From positions 1 to 47,647 of the forward strand of contig JAUCBJ010007858.1 in assembly GCA_032718475.1 (NCBI GenBank): a stretch of 47,647 bases of DNA, in the 5' to 3' direction. Of this stretch, positions 35,601 to 46,040 are shown one piece after another. This DNA is from Nemertoderma westbladi (lineage: Eukaryota > Animalia > Xenacoelomorpha). The notes below the pieces were generated by a model. The model was not told the origin of the DNA. It saw only the letters and a program-made list of their open reading frames with translations, and searched no databases. Position numbers and translations under genes: made by a program. Within the stretch, counting starts at the first letter, position 1. Each line of letters starts with the position of its first letter.

Positions 35601-37159
35601 AACATTGAGTCAGTTTTAGTTTAAAAATAAATTATCAAGGGATTGGAGGTGTTTCGAGTTGTGGCGGCGGTTTAGGTTGGGTGTGTGGCGTTCACCTGAT
35701 TTGGCTAATTGTAACTCGTTTTTCTCGGAAGACTTTAGCCTTTTACTTCCTGTATTAATTACACGGTATGTTTAATGACAAATAATCGCGGTACAGTCAA
35801 CCTTGTGGGACGGGTGTTGTGGTTTCATGTTGTGTTATTTTTTGTAATACTGATGTTTTTATGTGACGAGAAACAGGTGATGGAGCTACGATATATTTAT
35901 TTAAACTTATATGTGCAGATTACACACGTAACTTAATCCAGATGTTTAATGTTCCATCTCTGTATTTAGTCTGTCTCAACTTAATATTTCTGTGACGTAT
36001 TTATTTGGTGTGCTATTTATAAGAATTGTTGTGCTTGCCTGTCGTCGTTATAATACAATAAATACTATATTTTCTGGGCCTGTGTAAAACATTCAAATTA
36101 GCGTTTTATTTCCGTTATGAATTTGTCTGTAAGTCAGTCATAGACTGAGCACGTGAGTAGGGATGTGAGTTTTCCGGAAATATGTTTTTTCAAGGAACTT
36201 TGCGGAAAAGTAAACTTCACCCATAACATCCACTGACACCAAACCACTTCCACACCACTAAGCAGGAATCATTTGTTTCAAATGTTTACTCTCAGAATAA
36301 ACTCTCAAGTATCAGTTTATAAACTGGTAAAAAGTGATAGAGTTAAAATTGAAAATGTATTAATTTCCGAAATATAAAACATAGTTAATAATGACAAAAC
36401 ATATAGTCACATCACAATCACAATTTTAGTTCAAATATTATTATTACTATTTTATGCAAAATAAGAGGATATTTCTGTAAATATTTACTATTCTTATTTT
36501 GTGGCAAGCAGTATTTTTTGTCTTACTTTCTTACTTAAACCTTCTTATAATAACACTCGACAAAAAAAAGCATACTTTTTTTGCCATCACTTAATAGTTA
36601 TTTTCCTCTGCCTCGAAAATTATTTGCTTTAACTATTCCTCGAGAATACGAATTATAAAGTCGGACAAAAAGATGTTACCGGTACTTTCTTTTGTAAAAG
36701 ATATAGTTTTCTTTCAATTATTCAGTTTTGAATTAGAAGTTTAACGTAACAAAGTTGTCGCAAATTTGAGGTAAATTGTGCACCAATGTGTAATTAAATA
36801 ATATAGCTACTATTATTACTACAGTATATTAGCTATACTTTGTGAGTGAAGATGCTATTCCAAAAAGTTAATCAAACCAAAAATTGAATTAAACTAGCTA
36901 CTTATTCAAAACATCCTAACTGAACATTTTAATTATAAATTAATTAATAAATACCAACGTAATTACTGATCTAGAATAAATAGTGTAAAATCAACAGATT
37001 AAACTTCTAGATCATTGTTTGGATAAATATTTTATTATCAGCATTTTTGGAAAATTTACTGGATAATTAATTTATTGTCCGCAGATGCGGACATTAAAGC
37101 CTTTATTGTTATTGTCCGCACTTTTGCGAACTATAAAGGGAATATTTTGGAACAGTTCC

Positions 37160-37894
37160 GCCCGTGCCAACATTTACGTTGTTTTTTATTCAACAAATTT
37201 TCATGCTTTTTTGTCACTTTTTTATTGATACATGTTCTAGAACGTATATTGAGTGTTATAGAACTTTGAAAAAAAAGTTCTAGAACATTGTAATTATGAA
37301 TTTTGAGAAAAAAATTTTCTTTTAAAAATAAAATTATTAAAAAAATTGTTAAATTTTATTATTTTTTATGCTATTTTGCCTGTTTTTTTCTATTGTTAAA
37401 AGTTCTAGAACATTTATTAAATGTTCTAGAACATTTTTATTAACAATTTTCGATAAAAAATATTCTAGAGTATTTGTTCTTTTAAAAAAAATTAGTAAAC
37501 TTATTGTTTAATTAATAAAAAATTGGAATACTGAACAAATATCCATAACGATAGCATTCTAGAACATTTTTTTTAAATGTTAGCTATGCTAGTATTGAAT
37601 ACGTAGGCCTACACTATAATGGCATCAATAGTCAATCGTCGACATCTATCGACATCTATTTTTTACAAGCTATAGTTATAAATTATTACTTAAGTACATA
37701 AATTTACTAGATATATATGTTTATTATACAAACAAATTTTTAAAAATGTTCTAGAACAAGAAATAAAATGTTCTAGAACATTACTAAACAAAAAAATAAT
37801 TCGAAATATCCTAGAATGCTTCGCACTAACATTAAAAAGAAGTAGCTAGTAAACTATACACATTTTAGAGCAAAATTAAAATGTTGGCACGGGC
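37160..37894. mobile_element. MITE/foldback element rich in GTTCTAGAAC palindromes
   Basis: 16-bp inverted repeat GCCCGTGCCAACATTT (37160-37175) / AAATGTTGGCACGGGC (37879-37894). Confidence 0.6.
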
Positions 37895-38184
37895 AGACTC
37901 TAGCCGAATTTTTTGAAGAGAATAAATACATAACCTTCTGGAACATTTTATTTTTGTATGTGTACTGCGTAGCTACGTAATTGAGATAATGCCGTTGTTA
38001 CCAAGCCTCTCAGAGAATAATATTGTGTTCTAGAACGTTGTGTAATTATTATAGAATAAATGGCCTTTAGCGAATTTTAAACCAACACAGATACAGACTT
38101 AGTTCTTGGCCGGCCACTAGGGGGCGAGGTACTTGTTCGCCATGACGACAACCCTGACCAATTTCTTTACTATGGTTTTTATTA

Positions 38185-38857
38185 TAATTTTTGAAATGGA
38201 AATACAAGCTACTTATCTTGGTTCAATCTGAGTAATTTAGGTCGCTAGTGTTTTTGCTAGTTAGTAAATTTTTACTAGCTAGAAACAAAAATTTATTCAA
38301 AAATTTTATTAATTTGGTTTACATATTTTATGAATTTTAATGAGTGGAAGGCATATTGTGGATCATATTGCGGATAATTGGAGGAAAATGGGCTGCTCAT
38401 GGATAAGGGGATGGGTACCACCATCAAAGAGTTAACCATTCCAGATATTTCGTTAATGCGAAATGATAAACATAACTTATTAATGATAGACACAACGTAT
38501 TGAAAGGCAACGGAAATGGCTGAATTTAAAAATATTATAGAAAAAGAACGGAACGCGGCCGGTCCTACTAGCTGGTCATTTAGCTGAATTTCATTGCCTG
38601 AGGCTATACCAAGGCGCAGTAAAAACATAATACGACTGATTGAACTAAAAAGTATAAACTACAGTAGTTGATAAGGTTTAATCAACTTTGGTTTGATGAA
38701 TTTGCTTTTAATAAAACCATCAAAATATGTAAACCATGCTAAATAAAAATTTTGAATAATAAACTTTTTTACTCGCCATCAAAAACACTAGCTACCTAAA
38801 ATTGCTCATGTTTAACTAACATCGGTACCAGCAGTATCTCCACTTCAAAAATGTTAT
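38185..38857. mobile_element. Old MITE-like element with ~150-bp degenerate inverted repeats
   Basis: TTTAGGTCGCTAGTGTTTTTG and TGGTTTACATATTTT on the left are mirrored by AAAATATGTAAACCA and CAAAAACACTAGCTACCTAAA on the right. Confidence 0.5.
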
Positions 38858-39930
38858 CTTTGTTTCCATAAAATTAAACTTGATCTAAAATAATTAATCA
38901 GTTTGATTAGTTTTTACCAGTTTTACTTTTATGATATTTTCTGTGATTTAAACAAAAAATAATACAATTGTGGATGGATAATAGGCCCTTATAGTAAAAC
39001 AAATTTATGTACAGTATAGATATAACTTGATTAACTTTTGGTGATCAATATTCATTGAAATACTGTGTATTTATTAAGTACCGGTATTCAACTTAACATA
39101 ATTTTACGGAAGGTCTTTTTACAGAACACAATGGTATACACAAGAACATTAATTAACACAAGAACGTAATTAAAATCACCACCAATAAATAGCACACAGG
39201 GAAAAGTAGGCCTACCGGCTGAATTCATGAAATTGTAAGAAGGCAATTACATTTTTTAATTAAGTGACTGTATTCCACATTAAATTAGGGCCCTATTATT
39301 CGTTATCTTGTAACCATGGAGAATTGAATTCCTACTGTCACCCTATTACTACTTCTAGGATCGGCATGCTGCATTGCAGCTGCATTTTCAAGAATGATGT
39401 GCCGGCCTGTCGACAAAATCGCGCCGCCACAACTCCCTATCACCCATGACATTTGCTAGATCATCCGCATCTTCAAGGCCAGTGTCCTTTAAGATGCGTT
39501 TCAAGAAAGTCACGGGCTGTCCACCATGCTTATTCACTCCATGAGGCTGCCAAAGCACAAGATTATGCACTCACTGGTCCTCACGGCTAAAGCAATGTCC
39601 TGCAAAGCGGAGGCGGCTTTGTTCAAGTGTCATTTGTCAAGCTTGGGGAAACCAATGCGACACCTCCAATGTTGTGTGCATTGTACTTGACACAGTGAAC
39701 CTGGCGTAGCATTCTTGTGAATGTGCCATCCAGAGATTTATACATTTATTATAGAAAGGAATCTAGGGGTCTTAACCTCGAATGATAAGTTTATTTTACC
39801 GAAAATAACTTATCTTTTATTGGCGCAATTGTAGGACTAATCCCATCACATGCGTACTTTTTAACCGGGTAGTGTACAAATTTAGGAATAGCGTAATTTT
39901 TCTTGAAATTAATATCTCATATCTCTCCAA

Positions 39931-39973
39931 ACCACGTACGCGTTTCGACCTTATTGGGTCTCATCAGCGTGGT
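39931..39973 (-). ncRNA. Minimal type I hammerhead ribozyme (copy 1)
   Basis: Minus strand reads ACCACG-CTGATGA-GACC-caataa-GGTC-GAAA-CGCG-TA-CGTGGT. Confidence 0.9.
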
Positions 39974-40358
39974 GTCGGAGTCGAACCTGGGACCTCGAGG
40001 TGGAAGCCGAGACAACAACCACTAGGCCACAGGTTCTTGAGATATGGAGTATTAATTTAAAGCCAGATATTAATTTCAAGAAAAATTACGCGATTCCTAA
40101 ATTTGTACACTACCCGGTTAAAAAGTACGCATGTGATGGGATTAGTCCTACAATTGCGCCACTAAAAGATCAACGCTTATTTTCGGTAAAATAAATTTAT
40201 CATTCGAGGTTAAGACCCCTAGATTCCTTCCTATAATAAATGTATAATAACAAACACCTCGAAAAATACAGCTTGCCAACACATTGTTACTATCAATAAT
40301 AAAAAATCAGGGGCTAATAAAATGGCAGCTGGCTTTAAATTAATACTCCATATCTCAA

Positions 40359-40421
40359 GAACCTGTGGCCTAGTGGTTGTTGTCTCGGCTTCCACCTCGA
40401 GGTCCCAGGTTCGAATCCGAC
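40359..40421 (+). promoter_or_regulatory. tRNA-like internal Pol III promoter (second copy at ~39974-40036, minus strand)
   Basis: A box TGGCCTAGTGG (40366-40376) and B box GGTTCGAATCC (40408-40418) at tRNA-like spacing. Confidence 0.75.
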
Positions 40422-40464
40422 ACCACGCTGATGAGACCCATTAAGGTCGAAACGCGTACGTGGT
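40422..40464 (+). ncRNA. Minimal type I hammerhead ribozyme (copy 2)
   Basis: ACCACG-CTGATGA-GACC-cattaa-GGTC-GAAA-CGCG-TA-CGTGGT; predicted cleavage after GUA (40458). Confidence 0.9.
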
Positions 40465-40550
40465 TTGGAGAGATATGAGATATTAATTTCAAGAAAAATT
40501 ACGCGATTCCTAAATTTGTACACTACCCGGTTAAAAAGTAGGTATTAGTA

Positions 40551-41238
40551 TGGCCTGTGACCCCACTTTTTGATGAAAAAAACTAACTAGATAGATAGTC
40601 TTTTAGATAGAGTCTAACTAAACTGAAAAAAACTAACTAGATAGAACGATCTATTGCGATGTTCCAGAATGTTATTTGACAGTTTCCATGGTTACCATTT
40701 TGGAGAAAAAAGACGTTTTAAGAATGTTAGTTTTTTGAAAATTTATGTACAATAAAATTGCTTAATTTTGCGTATAAAAACCATAGTTATGAGTTTCTGG
40801 AACATTATATTCAGTCAAACCTTCAATAACAACGACGTCAAATGTTACTGTTTTATTCATAGCTATATCTATAATACTGCATTTTGAACAAAAAATATTT
40901 CAAGTTTAATAGGCCCCATTCAGCAAACTGATAACACTAATAAACAATAGCGAATTATAGAAATCTGTTTAATTCAGTTCAAAAACAAAAAACTAATCAA
41001 TTTACATTGTTATATTCACTAAATAACATATTCGATTAACCTTCAATAAATCATTATTTACAACACTTGGTTACCATAGCAACACAAGAAAAATGTTCCA
41101 GAATGTAGAACTTGAGTGGGGCAAACATAATACCAACATATGTAGCTAGTATATCATAAATTACTAGCTAGTTTTTTTCATCAAAAAGTGGGGTCACAGG
41201 CAATAGGCCTACTAATACCCACAGGCAATACTAATACC
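40551..41238. mobile_element. MITE with GG termini and 8-bp TSD (Merlin- or hAT-like)
   Basis: TSD AAAAAGTA (40543-40550, 41239-41246); TIR GGTATTAGTAT.GCCTGTGACCCCACTTTTTGATGAAAAAAACTA, with the right tip partly duplicated. Confidence 0.85.
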
Positions 41239-42008
41239 AAAAAGTACGCATGTGATGGGATTAGTCCTACAATTGCGCCAGATAAGATAAGTTATTTTCG
41301 GTAAAATAAACTTATCATTCGAGGTTAAGACCCCTAGATTCCTTCCTAATAATAAATGTATAATAACAAACACCTCGAAAAATACAGCTTGCCAACACAT
41401 TGTTACTATCAATAATCCAGAGATTTGGTGTCTTAAGCAGTTAGAGCCCAGCATGGACTCCCATAGAGGAGTACTGGAACTACTGATGCTCTAAATAATC
41501 GGACCTTCGGAGTTTCCGATTAATTCTATGTGACTTCCAAATCCTGGAAAGCCTATTCAAGGCTGCCCATGCCTTTACCCTTACGTATCCTCACCTTTAT
41601 TAGTGTAATTTTACTAGCTAAATCACATACAGTATTTAATTAAAATCACTAGCTACAAGAAATACTAGCTTTGATAACAACAAAATAACCAAATTAAATA
41701 ATTTTGTTCGAGAACAAAAATTATTTGTTCTAGAACAACAATTTTTTGTTCTAGAACAAAATTAATGAGAACTTACCAAAACACAGTAGTACTTGTCCAG
41801 GTATTCGACTTAATAATAAATAAAAAAACTTAATACAGCCACCCCAAACAACCGGGTTTAAAACAAAACACTATATTCAATGACATGAAGTTCAATCTCA
41901 AAAATCTTTTCGGTTATTTTTTCCACATTTTGTTGCACATAAATTATTACTGGTACTGTACATCTTTGTAATTTATTGTTTTAGTTCATCGTCTACGTAA
42001 TACAGGAT

Positions 42009-44186
42009 TTAATCACAGTAACTTAACATATAGTCTCTAGTGGGCATGTCTTTTTTGAGACAGAAACATCTGTTTTCTGTTTTACTGAACGTTGTTCTAC
42101 TACCGAGTTGGTGGTAATCCCGCAACTTTCTCCGAGGAAGAAACTTCTGTCTGTGCGGCCGAATTATGTGTTGACAACCGAAATATTCCATCGCTGCTAG
42201 TAGGGGAATCCATATCAGGTTAAAACCGATGAGGAACCAGGCAATTCGATATAAATGGTCCAGTGTAGTATATTCTTCGAACTTTTGCCTTCCTGAGGAT
42301 ATAATCAGAAACACCGTTAACCCCACATTTATAAGCAACAACAATGGTGCAGAATATCTCATTGCGAAAGTTAATAACATTGGTGGTTTTCTCCCTACCA
42401 AGGTCTCATATTCGATAACAATCCGTTTAATACCGACTCCGTACACCAAGCATATAATCGCGAGGTTACTGATGATAACGTGAATAATGTACTCCACGTG
42501 TATGTTGTAAAATCCCAGAAGGGTTTCTCCATATTGCGTGGCAAAAACTAAATTCATACAGAATGCCAGGAAGCATAGTAGCATCACCCGTACTTGTTCC
42601 TTAACCCGCAGCACACATATATAGTCGCAGAGAGCGTTGTGAATAATCTGAAAGTATCCGAACACAGAGTCAATGCCCAAAGCAAAAATGGATAAGTATA
42701 GAAGGGCGCTCCATAGGTTTGCGTAATCTTTAGATATCACCAATATGGTATTTGCCAAGCTTACGAACGCAAATTTTGGATCGTCTTCCATAATATCAAC
42801 GTTGTTGAATCTATTTGGTATATCAACGTATTGCATGTCATCATCTACTGTGTTTGGTTTTAGGGTATTAAATATTGCTTCTGAGTATTCATTTATACAG
42901 AGCTCCGAGGAACTATTACTTCGCTCGCATATGTTGTTTGCCTCAATATAAACTTCTACCCCTTTAACTGCAAAAACCACCAAAGCAGCCAACCCTTCGG
43001 TAAATATAACTATGATGAGTATATACATTGCATCGTGATGAAACTTATTGCTTCTTTTCACTGTTGAGCCCATTAGACATAAGAATCCTGTGTTTATAGC
43101 AAAGGTTTTCTGTACATGTACCAAGGCCTCGATGAACATAAGTAATATCTCCTTGCCTTTGGATGGAAGGCGTGCTGGTATCAGGAAGAAAAATATACCC
43201 TCCACTGCTCCATTTTGCGTTGCGAGGGTTATTATGAAGACAGTCATTGCCAAATAAGGGAATGTTGCGGTCACGTATATAACCTTTTTCGAAGTGTGCA
43301 ACCCTCGTATTAATGAGAAACAAATCATAAGCCAACAGAAGAACATACTTACAACCACTGTGGTGTTTAACGATGCATCATTGTCCTCTTTTGTCAGGGA
43401 CTTTCTCTTGAAGAAGTCTTCAGTTGGGTAATCCGGGTCGCATTCCTTGACAAACCATACATCTCTCACACCATGTGCGATACTGGTGTTGTTCAGTTCC
43501 TTACACCTTGCCCATGGTAAATTGAATTGGAAGGACATGAAGAAATACATAACGCAGTATGCAACAAGTGTGGTGTATGAAAGTGCTTTTAGAACACAAT
43601 TAATTACTTGGGCTATACCGAATCCAGCCATATAAGGGTTTATTGTGTGGTACATGTTCCAAGGGCCTTGTAGAGTTAATTGTCCGAATAGCAGCTCCAA
43701 AATCATGCAAGGCAAGGCCATTGCTAAACTGCATATTACATATGGTATCATAAACCATATCCCACCATTCTTGTTCATTATTAACGGGAAATCCCAAAAA
43801 GTACCAATACCAACAACATATCCAGTAATGGATAGTATGTACTGAAGTTTGTTATCCCACAATGAGGTATCATTGTCTGGATGCCATGATTTCCATTTGA
43901 AATATTCCTCCTTGGACGAGGAAAGTTGGTACATTTTCAGATCATCTTCTGTAATCACGTTGTCTGTGTCACAGAATTCCATATCGATAGATTGTTGAAG
44001 AATAGATGTCCTTTGAATGCTATTATTGATCTTAACAAAGCTCCGAGTTGAATGAAAATCTGTGTTTAAGTCTTGTAAACAAGAATCACGGATCGCATGA
44101 GTGGTGATGGTATCCGTGGATCTATTACCTTCTTCCTCAAGATCTCCCTTGTCCTGTGGAGTGCATATAGATCTTTCTAACTCCAT
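42009..44186 (-). CDS. SLC6/NSS sodium:neurotransmitter-symporter family member, divergent, single-exon CDS
   Basis: WDNKLQYILS..GYVVGIGTFWDFP...KNGG..F.IPY, LEL..GQ, LPWARC, KVIYVTATFPY, ALGIDS; ~12 TM segments. Confidence 0.88.
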   Translation of the reverse strand: MELERSICTPQDKGDLEEEGNRSTDTITTHAIRDSCLQDLNTDFHSTRSFVKINNSIQRTSILQQSIDMEFCDTDNVITEDDLKMYQLSSSKEEYFKWKSWHPDNDTSLWDNKLQYILSITGYVVGIGTFWDFPLIMNKNGGIWFMIPYVICSLAMALPCMILELLFGQLTLQGPWNMYHTINPYMAGFGIAQVINCVLKALSYTTLVAYCVMYFFMSFQFNLPWARCKELNNTSIAHGVRDVWFVKECDPDYPTEDFFKRKSLTKEDNDASLNTTVVVSMFFCWLMICFSLIRGLHTSKKVIYVTATFPYLAMTVFIITLATQNGAVEGIFFFLIPARLPSKGKEILLMFIEALVHVQKTFAINTGFLCLMGSTVKRSNKFHHDAMYILIIVIFTEGLAALVVFAVKGVEVYIEANNICERSNSSSELCINEYSEAIFNTLKPNTVDDDMQYVDIPNRFNNVDIMEDDPKFAFVSLANTILVISKDYANLWSALLYLSIFALGIDSVFGYFQIIHNALCDYICVLRVKEQVRVMLLCFLAFCMNLVFATQYGETLLGFYNIHVEYIIHVIISNLAIICLVYGVGIKRIVIEYETLVGRKPPMLLTFAMRYSAPLLLLINVGLTVFLIISSGRQKFEEYTTLDHLYRIAWFLIGFNLIWIPLLAAMEYFGCQHIIRPHRQKFLPRRKLRDYHQLGSRTTFSKTENRCFCLKKDMPTRDYMLSYCD

Positions 44187-44477
44187 TGCATTTATGTTGT
44201 ATGTGAATTATTTTAGTAATATGTTTTTCAAAAATAGTTTATGGCACTTGCAGCATTATATTTGGAATATACTTTGCGAGGTCGTTATAAATTTTAATAT
44301 ATAATAATATTCTAGAGCAAATACTGTCTGTTCGAGAACATGTTATATTTTAATTTTTTGCAAGATTCAGTATGCGGTACGATCCGTTTGAATCCTATTC
44401 CTATACCCTCAAATAACGAGTGGTCGTCTGGATCAGTTCATGTGTGGCCGTCACACGTAGGTGTCTATATATTCCGT

Positions 44478-46040
44478 GTCACACTCTTACAGTACCAGAG
44501 CTAGTGCTTCAAACTTCTACCTCCCGAATTGTAAATCCTTTGAATCTGATACTTTCCTTTTTAACGGTATTAAAAATTGGATCGCTCTGCCTAATGAAAT
44601 TAAAAACCTAGATAATCAACATTCTTTTAAATCTGCAGTTAAATCTCACCTCCGTGTGCAATGTAAAAATAGGTACAATAGTCCTACAGTAAGTTATTAG
44701 TTTATTAACTAGAACGCCATCAAGATGGCTTTAAACGAACCTGTCTTACACAGACTCCAAGAAACAGATGGGATTGGAAGATGCAACCAAGAATGACTTG
44801 CATCAACCAAAAAACTGCCTCCCATCTAATGTAATACACATTCGCCTAGGCAAACAAATCATAATCACAATTACTACGATGTGTGAAATGGTATCCATAT
44901 CCGCAACCTGAGAAACGGCCCAAAAGAGCAGTTTATTCTGCGGAGGGGTCTTTTCTGTATTAGATAAATAAAATAAAGAACACTATAATTACAGTATTTA
45001 TACCTGATACATTCTCAGTTAGCCTAATAAAAACATCGGAGCAACCAATATAATGTACATGTACATGCCTCCTATGAAAGTTTGTGAAATGTTCCCTTAA
45101 GTCTACCCAACAGCCGTTGGTACCCGGCTGGCAGCCACCCTGGTTCAGTTTTATGGTTTTGTTAGTTTAATCGACAGCTGTTGTAAACGTCCCAGATATA
45201 CAAAACCCTTCTAAGCCTTTGCATTCCAATTGAGCTTAGCCTAAGTTGATGACAGTATTATAACGATGACAATTAGGCCCTATAGATACATACGATATAT
45301 AAATGATGTACTGCTTGACATTACACTAACTGGCTGAATAGAGATAGAACTATAATAATACGTTTGGCATTCTGTCAGATTTCAGTAGTAAGTAACCTCA
45401 TAATAATTGCTAAATATCAATCACCTGAAAAACATTTCAAGCAAGGGAGTTGTGGGTATTTAATTTCGCGTTCAATAATGTTGAAAATATGCAAATATTT
45501 CGAATATCGCACTTCGAATCGTTCCCAACTTTTTTATTCAACAACTAGACAACAATTAATAAATACTTGCGTTTACAATTTTACAATGCATGCAAGTGGT
45601 TTCAAGCCATTTGGTGAACATACATAGTGACATATATAGTGATATAGGTAAATATATAAATATATATATCCATCGTGTTTTTGCCGGCCTCAGCTTTAGA
45701 CAAAAACTACCCAGTCTAAAGACAGGTTCGTTATTATTTACTATTTATACTGTAATTACGTTTTATATTAAATTGTACTGTACATTACATCTTTATCGTT
45801 GAGTCGGGCATTGTCACGCTCTCGGTAAAGTTGTACATGTACATAGTGTAATTACGTTTTATATTGGTTTTAGGTTAGCGTAGTGTAATATTGTATTTGT
45901 AACCAAGTAACATAAAGGACCCCCTTGGAAATAAGCTGCAAAGCTTTAGGGGTAATCCTATATGTTATGTTGGACAATACCTTTATACCGGTACATTGTT
46001 TGGTGTATTTGTTATTGTTTTTACATAATGTATAAATAAA
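44478..46040 (+). mobile_element. Heavily 5'-truncated CR1/L2-group LINE inserted in array 3
   Basis: ORF end TRAS...TFLFNGIKNW..LP..IK....SFKSAVK.HL; 3' end TAAATAAA; 14-bp TSD TCTATATATTCCGT (44464-44477, 46041-46054). Confidence 0.75.
44707..45733 (-). mobile_element. Helentron-associated non-autonomous element (HINE/DINE-1-like)
   Basis: 14-bp subterminal IRs (44734-44747, 45719-45732); 5' partial IR CTTTAGAC/GTCTAAAG; (AT)n stretch; 3' hairpin GCCATC-AA-GATGGC followed by CTAG on the minus strand. Confidence 0.75.

Larger units (their letters stand above)
39740..41414. mobile_element. Retrozyme/Penelope-pLTR-like non-coding insertion (413-bp unit; inverted partial copy plus ~1.6 tandem copies)
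   Basis: 12-bp TSD ATCCAGAGATTT (39728-39739, 41415-41426; single copy in the intact RTE at ~47577). Unit period 40065 to 40478. 39740-40064 is an inverted copy. Confidence 0.85.
39345..41590 (-). mobile_element. RTE-clade LINE 3' fragment, interrupted at 39740-41414
   Basis: Near-identical to 47186-47647; encodes LDGTFTRMLR...RLRFAGHC...MGDRELWR; (TAG)n-like tail. Confidence 0.85.

Noticed and set aside
40359-40425. Functional tRNA gene
   Set aside because: A and B boxes are present but no convincing acceptor stem; it is embedded in a repeated mobile unit.
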